Below, one piece after another: positions 60,362 through 64,000 of a DNA stretch of 64,000 nucleotides. The notes under the pieces were generated by a model, which was given only the letters and a program-made list of their open reading frames with translations, had not been told where the DNA came from and did not search any database. The translations under genes were made by a program, and so were the position numbers. Origin of the DNA: Candidatus Falkowbacteria bacterium (GTDB lineage: Bacteria; Patescibacteriota; Patescibacteriia; UBA11705; JABHMO01); the NCBI GenBank assembly GCA_018674305.1, contig JABHAL010000004.1, forward strand, positions 256,446 to 320,445. Direction: 5' to 3'. Within the stretch, counting starts at the first letter, position 1. Each line of letters begins with the position of its first letter.

Positions 60362-62161
60362 CTAAACTTCTATAACCACTGGAATAACCATTGGTCGGCG
60401 TTTGGTTTTTTTCCAGAGTAGGTCGCCAACATGATCGCGCAATTTGTTTTTCAGTAACATTGGATCAAAGTTTTTGTTTTTAGTTTTGCCAACTGTTTTG
60501 CGTACCAGATTACGAGCATCTTCAATAAGTTGCCGGCTTTCTTTCATGTAGACAAAGCCACGTGAAATTATATCAGGACTACCTACCAATTCGCCAGTTT
60601 TGCGTTTTGCTGTAACAATAACTACAAACATACCATCTTCAGACATCATCCTTCTGTCGCGAAGAACTATGGATGAAACATCACCTACTCCGAGGCCGTC
60701 AACCATTACGTATTCAGTTGGTACTTTCTCGGCAGTTAATTTACCGCTGGCTTCTTTCTGATGTGGACCCTTCATAAATTCCATAACCTGACCATTGGAA
60801 GCAATAAAAATGTTATCTTTCGGGGTTCCAATATTTTCAGCAATTTCTCCGTGAATCCGAAGCATGAAATGATTGCCTTCAATTGGAATGAAATATTTAG
60901 GGTTAAGCAATTTAATGATTAAGCGTAAATCTTCAGCTTTGGCATGACCACCAGCATGGATGTCCATGTTTTGATAATGAAAAACTTTTCCGCCATTGCG
61001 GTAGATTGTATCTTTCAAGCTTTGAATTGTTCGTTCATTTCCAGGAATAACTGAAGATGAGAAAACTACACTGTCACCCTCCTTAATTTTAAGAAATTTA
61101 TGGTCTGAATTAGCAATTCTCATTAATACAGCATTTTCTTCTCCTTGCGCGCCAGTGCCCATTACCATTACCTTATTATCAGGTAAGCGCTTGAATTCTT
61201 TTTCTTCAATGATTGTTCCTTTCTTGATTTTTATAATCTGAAGACTTCGAGCAATATCCAGATTGGTGTTCATGCTTCTTCCTTCAACCAGAACTTTTCG
61301 ATTATATTTCTCGGCCAATTCTAATAACTGTTGCATTCGATTAATCATCGAAGCAAATGTGCCGACAATTATTCTGCCATGGGCTTGTAAAAATATTTTT
61401 TCTAGATCGCCAGTAATTTCAGTTTCTGATAACTGATATCCAGAGTGTGGTGCGTCGGTACTGTCGGATAGAAGTGCAAGAACACCGCGGGCTCCAATCT
61501 GAGCAACTCGGCTCAAGTCCATTGGTTTGTCATTTACTGGGTTAAAGTCAATTTTGAAATCGCCAGTGTGGACGACTGTTCCTACTGGGGTGTTTACAAC
61601 AACACCAAAACTATCAGGGATGCTGTGAGTAACTCTAAAAAATTCAACACTAAATTTACCTAGCTGAATTTTGTCTTTGTCTGGCGCAATTTTTTGAATC
61701 ACAAGAGGAGTCGTTTTGTATTCTTCGTGTCGACGCTTTACTAGTTCTGCTGTAAGTGGGGCAGTGTAAATTGTTGGATTGCCTAACTTTGGACATAAGT
61801 GGGATATTGCGCCAATATGATCATAATGTCCATGTGTAATGACAACACCGCGAATGTTTTTTGCTCTAGTTTCCAAATAGGTAATATCTGGAATGATATA
61901 ATCTATTCCTGGCATGTTTTCTTCAGGAAATTGTAATCCCATATCAATGATGACAATATCATCACCATATTCTAGGACTGTCATGTTTCGACCAACCTCT
62001 TCTAGTCCACCCATAACCATAATTCTTAGTTTTGGTTGGATTTTGTTTTGTGTGATTGGTCTATGTTTGTTTGCACCGTGCCTTTTGGTAGGCCGGTTTC
62101 TGTGTTTGCTTTGGTTCCCGGGCACTCTAGGTGGCCGAGGACTGGTTTTTGTATTAACCAT
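60362..62161 (-). CDS. rnj: Ribonuclease J (MBL/beta-CASP)
   Basis: HGHYDHIGA MBL motif, beta-CASP region and C-terminal domain; basic N-terminal extension. Confidence 0.9.
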   Translation of the reverse strand: MVNTKTSPRPPRVPGNQSKHRNRPTKRHGANKHRPITQNKIQPKLRIMVMGGLEEVGRNMTVLEYGDDIVIIDMGLQFPEENMPGIDYIIPDITYLETRAKNIRGVVITHGHYDHIGAISHLCPKLGNPTIYTAPLTAELVKRRHEEYKTTPLVIQKIAPDKDKIQLGKFSVEFFRVTHSIPDSFGVVVNTPVGTVVHTGDFKIDFNPVNDKPMDLSRVAQIGARGVLALLSDSTDAPHSGYQLSETEITGDLEKIFLQAHGRIIVGTFASMINRMQQLLELAEKYNRKVLVEGRSMNTNLDIARSLQIIKIKKGTIIEEKEFKRLPDNKVMVMGTGAQGEENAVLMRIANSDHKFLKIKEGDSVVFSSSVIPGNERTIQSLKDTIYRNGGKVFHYQNMDIHAGGHAKAEDLRLIIKLLNPKYFIPIEGNHFMLRIHGEIAENIGTPKDNIFIASNGQVMEFMKGPHQKEASGKLTAEKVPTEYVMVDGLGVGDVSSIVLRDRRMMSEDGMFVVIVTAKRKTGELVGSPDIISRGFVYMKESRQLIEDARNLVRKTVGKTKNKNFDPMLLKNKLRDHVGDLLWKKTKRRPMVIPVVIEV

Positions 62162-62405
62162 AAATTAGTTTCGGGCAGAACCATTAGTAACTATAAGGAA
62201 GTTCCGTATCAGTTAATTTTTTTCTGCACGATGAAGTTTTAATTATTGTTTTTAATTAACAAAATAAGCAGCGTTTGAAACGCGTAAGCTTTGGTTTGAT
62301 TTTTTATATAGAAGTGTTTTTGATTCGTTTAAATTATACTATAGGTTCTCCGAAGTTACAAGATTTTTCTTTGCTGCTAGGCCAACTGATCTTGTAATTT
62401 TGTAG

Positions 62406-64000
62406 CTATTTACCCCACTTTCGGTCAGTTTTAATGTACCATTCATTTATCAAGGAGAAGCGATTGGCTGGAATAATAATATTAGAAGTATTAAAGCCTT
62501 TAATTTTTTTGTTTTGCGGGTAAGTATAGGTCGGGTTGAAAAGGAAAATAGCAGGAACGGTTTCCGCAATGATTGTTTGGAACTGTTTGTACTTTTCCGC
62601 TCGTTGTTTGTCATCACTGGTTTTCCGCGCACTTTCTAATAGGGTATCGACATCAGGATGATTGAGTGAAGTTAAGTTTAACCCAGGGTAAGATCGTTGA
62701 CTTGAGTGCCAAAACGGGTATGGGTCAGGATCATGTCCTAATATTTGACCATACAGAAGGGCCTGATAGCTGCGATCTTTAATAGTTTCCTGTATTTTGT
62801 TTGGTTCAATGATTATTAAGTCGATTTTAGCACCGATTTGTTGCCATTCTTTTTGTAATTCTTTAACAATTTTGACATTTTCTGGTTGGTTGACAGTTGT
62901 TAGCTCAAACTCAAAATAGCGGTCGCCCTTTTTTCGGACAGGGTAGGCGTAAGCTTCTTTGGCGGATACACCTTCTTCATTGATTGTTTCATCACTTTCG
63001 CCTTCAGCTTTTGGTTCCTCATAATCTGCTAATTTCCAGCCTGCTTTTTCGAGTTCTGTTCGTGCGTGTTGTACGTTGAAAGGATATTTAACAATATCGG
63101 GATTGTACCCCAGAGTGTTAGGCAAAATGCAAGCGTCAATAATTTGGGCTTCTGCGTTTAGAATTTCATTAACAATTTTTTCTTTATTAACTGAGTGAGT
63201 TAGAATTTTTCGAATACCTAAATCTTTTAAAACTGGATTTTGGTCATAGTTAAAGAAAACACTGGTGTATTGAGGCAAGTGAAGTAAGTTGAAATTTAAG
63301 TTTCGATTATTTATGATTCTGGCTCGAATCTCTTTTGGTAGGTAGCTGATCCCGTCAACTTTTTTGTTATTTAGAGCTTCAACTGCTTGTTCAAAGTTTT
63401 CGTAAAATTTAAGATCTATTTTTTCGATGAAGGGTGTATTTATATAATAATTTTCATTGGCAACAAGTTCAAAGTTTTTGATTTGGCCATTTTTGTTTTT
63501 CAGTAGGGAATTAAATTCAAACGGGCCACTGCCGATTGGCTTTAGATTATATTCAGCCAGCATCATGTTTTCTGGGACAATATTTTTCCAAATGTGTTCA
63601 GGTAAAATACCAGTGGTTAAACTTTCCAGAAATGGAGCAAAGGGTTTTTCTAGGGAAAAGCGTACAGTGAACTCGTCGATTTGGTCTATGATAATTCCTT
63701 GAAAATTGTAATATAAAGGAGTTTTAGTTTGAGTGTTTTTAATTCGGTCGAATGTGAATATCACATCTTCCGCGTTTAGATTTTCTCCATCGTGCCATTT
63801 GATGTCTTGTCGTAAATTGAAAGTATAGACCAGCTGATCGTTGCTGAGTTGATAACTATCTAATAGGTCTTTGGTTAATCCTTGGTCGGTATATTTGAAT
63901 AATCCTGAATAAACCAAAGTTGAGATATCAAGGTCTACATCACTGGCTCGAGAAAACAGGGGATTGATATAGCGAGGTGAGCCAACTAATCCTTCGGTAT
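62406..64000 (-). CDS. ABC transporter substrate-binding protein, family 5 (OppA/DppA-like). N-terminus lies beyond the window end
   Basis: SBP_bac_5 conservation; the reading frame continues upstream of the listed Met to position 64000. Confidence 0.7.
   Translation of the reverse strand, partial: TEGLVGSPRYINPLFSRASDVDLDISTLVYSGLFKYTDQGLTKDLLDSYQLSNDQLVYTFNLRQDIKWHDGENLNAEDVIFTFDRIKNTQTKTPLYYNFQGIIIDQIDEFTVRFSLEKPFAPFLESLTTGILPEHIWKNIVPENMMLAEYNLKPIGSGPFEFNSLLKNKNGQIKNFELVANENYYINTPFIEKIDLKFYENFEQAVEALNNKKVDGISYLPKEIRARIINNRNLNFNLLHLPQYTSVFFNYDQNPVLKDLGIRKILTHSVNKEKIVNEILNAEAQIIDACILPNTLGYNPDIVKYPFNVQHARTELEKAGWKLADYEEPKAEGESDETINEEGVSAKEAYAYPVRKKGDRYFEFELTTVNQPENVKIVKELQKEWQQIGAKIDLIIIEPNKIQETIKDRSYQALLYGQILGHDPDPYPFWHSSQRSYPGLNLTSLNHPDVDTLLESARKTSDDKQRAEKYKQFQTIIAETVPAIFLFNPTYTYPQNKKIKGFNTSNIIIPANRFSLINEWYIKTDRKWGK

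Noticed and set aside
1-64000. Alternative genetic code (UGA recoding as in some CPR lineages)
   Set aside because: Long essential genes (rpoB, rpoC, gyrA, leuS, infB) are intact with standard stops and no in-frame TGA readthrough is needed.

Overview
This is an AT-rich (~35% GC) bacterial chromosomal segment with compact gene order, many small hypothetical genes and several TrmB-type regulators. The overall look suggests a reduced-genome, possibly CPR/Patescibacteria-like organism using the standard genetic code; this is my impression, not a computed result. Housekeeping backbone: rpsA, gyrA, nrnA-rbfA, a murE-like ligase, rpoB-rpoC, ftsH, infB, trxA-trxB, gdh, rnhB, leuS, trpS, rnj and an OppA-type binding protein. 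RNase P RNA (rnpB) is present on the minus strand. Promoters repeatedly show a canonical TTGACA-N17-TATAnT architecture. Accessory content includes two HuH-Y1 (IS200/RAYT-like) transposases with REP-like hairpin repeats, a polysaccharide initiation cluster (WbaP-like plus two GT4), a GT4 plus two giant membrane-anchored surface proteins, and three TrmB paralogs. Several small GC-rich (45-58% GC) islets encode secreted, lipoprotein or Cys-rich proteins. The most unusual features are listed here. A Nudix domain is inserted in-frame into leuS. A degenerate GGDEF gene is split by a (CAATGAT)x3 heptamer repeat, giving a frameshift and a candidate phase-variation switch. A 5-fold tandem Cys/His repeat protein carries a C-x4-C...YC-x2-H motif. 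A Doc/Fic-like gene sits directly after trxB. A GC-rich hairpin element lies between infB and the GGDEF gene. A divergent cluster of tiny basic protein genes has near-identical promoters. I saw no CRISPR array, rRNA or tRNA.
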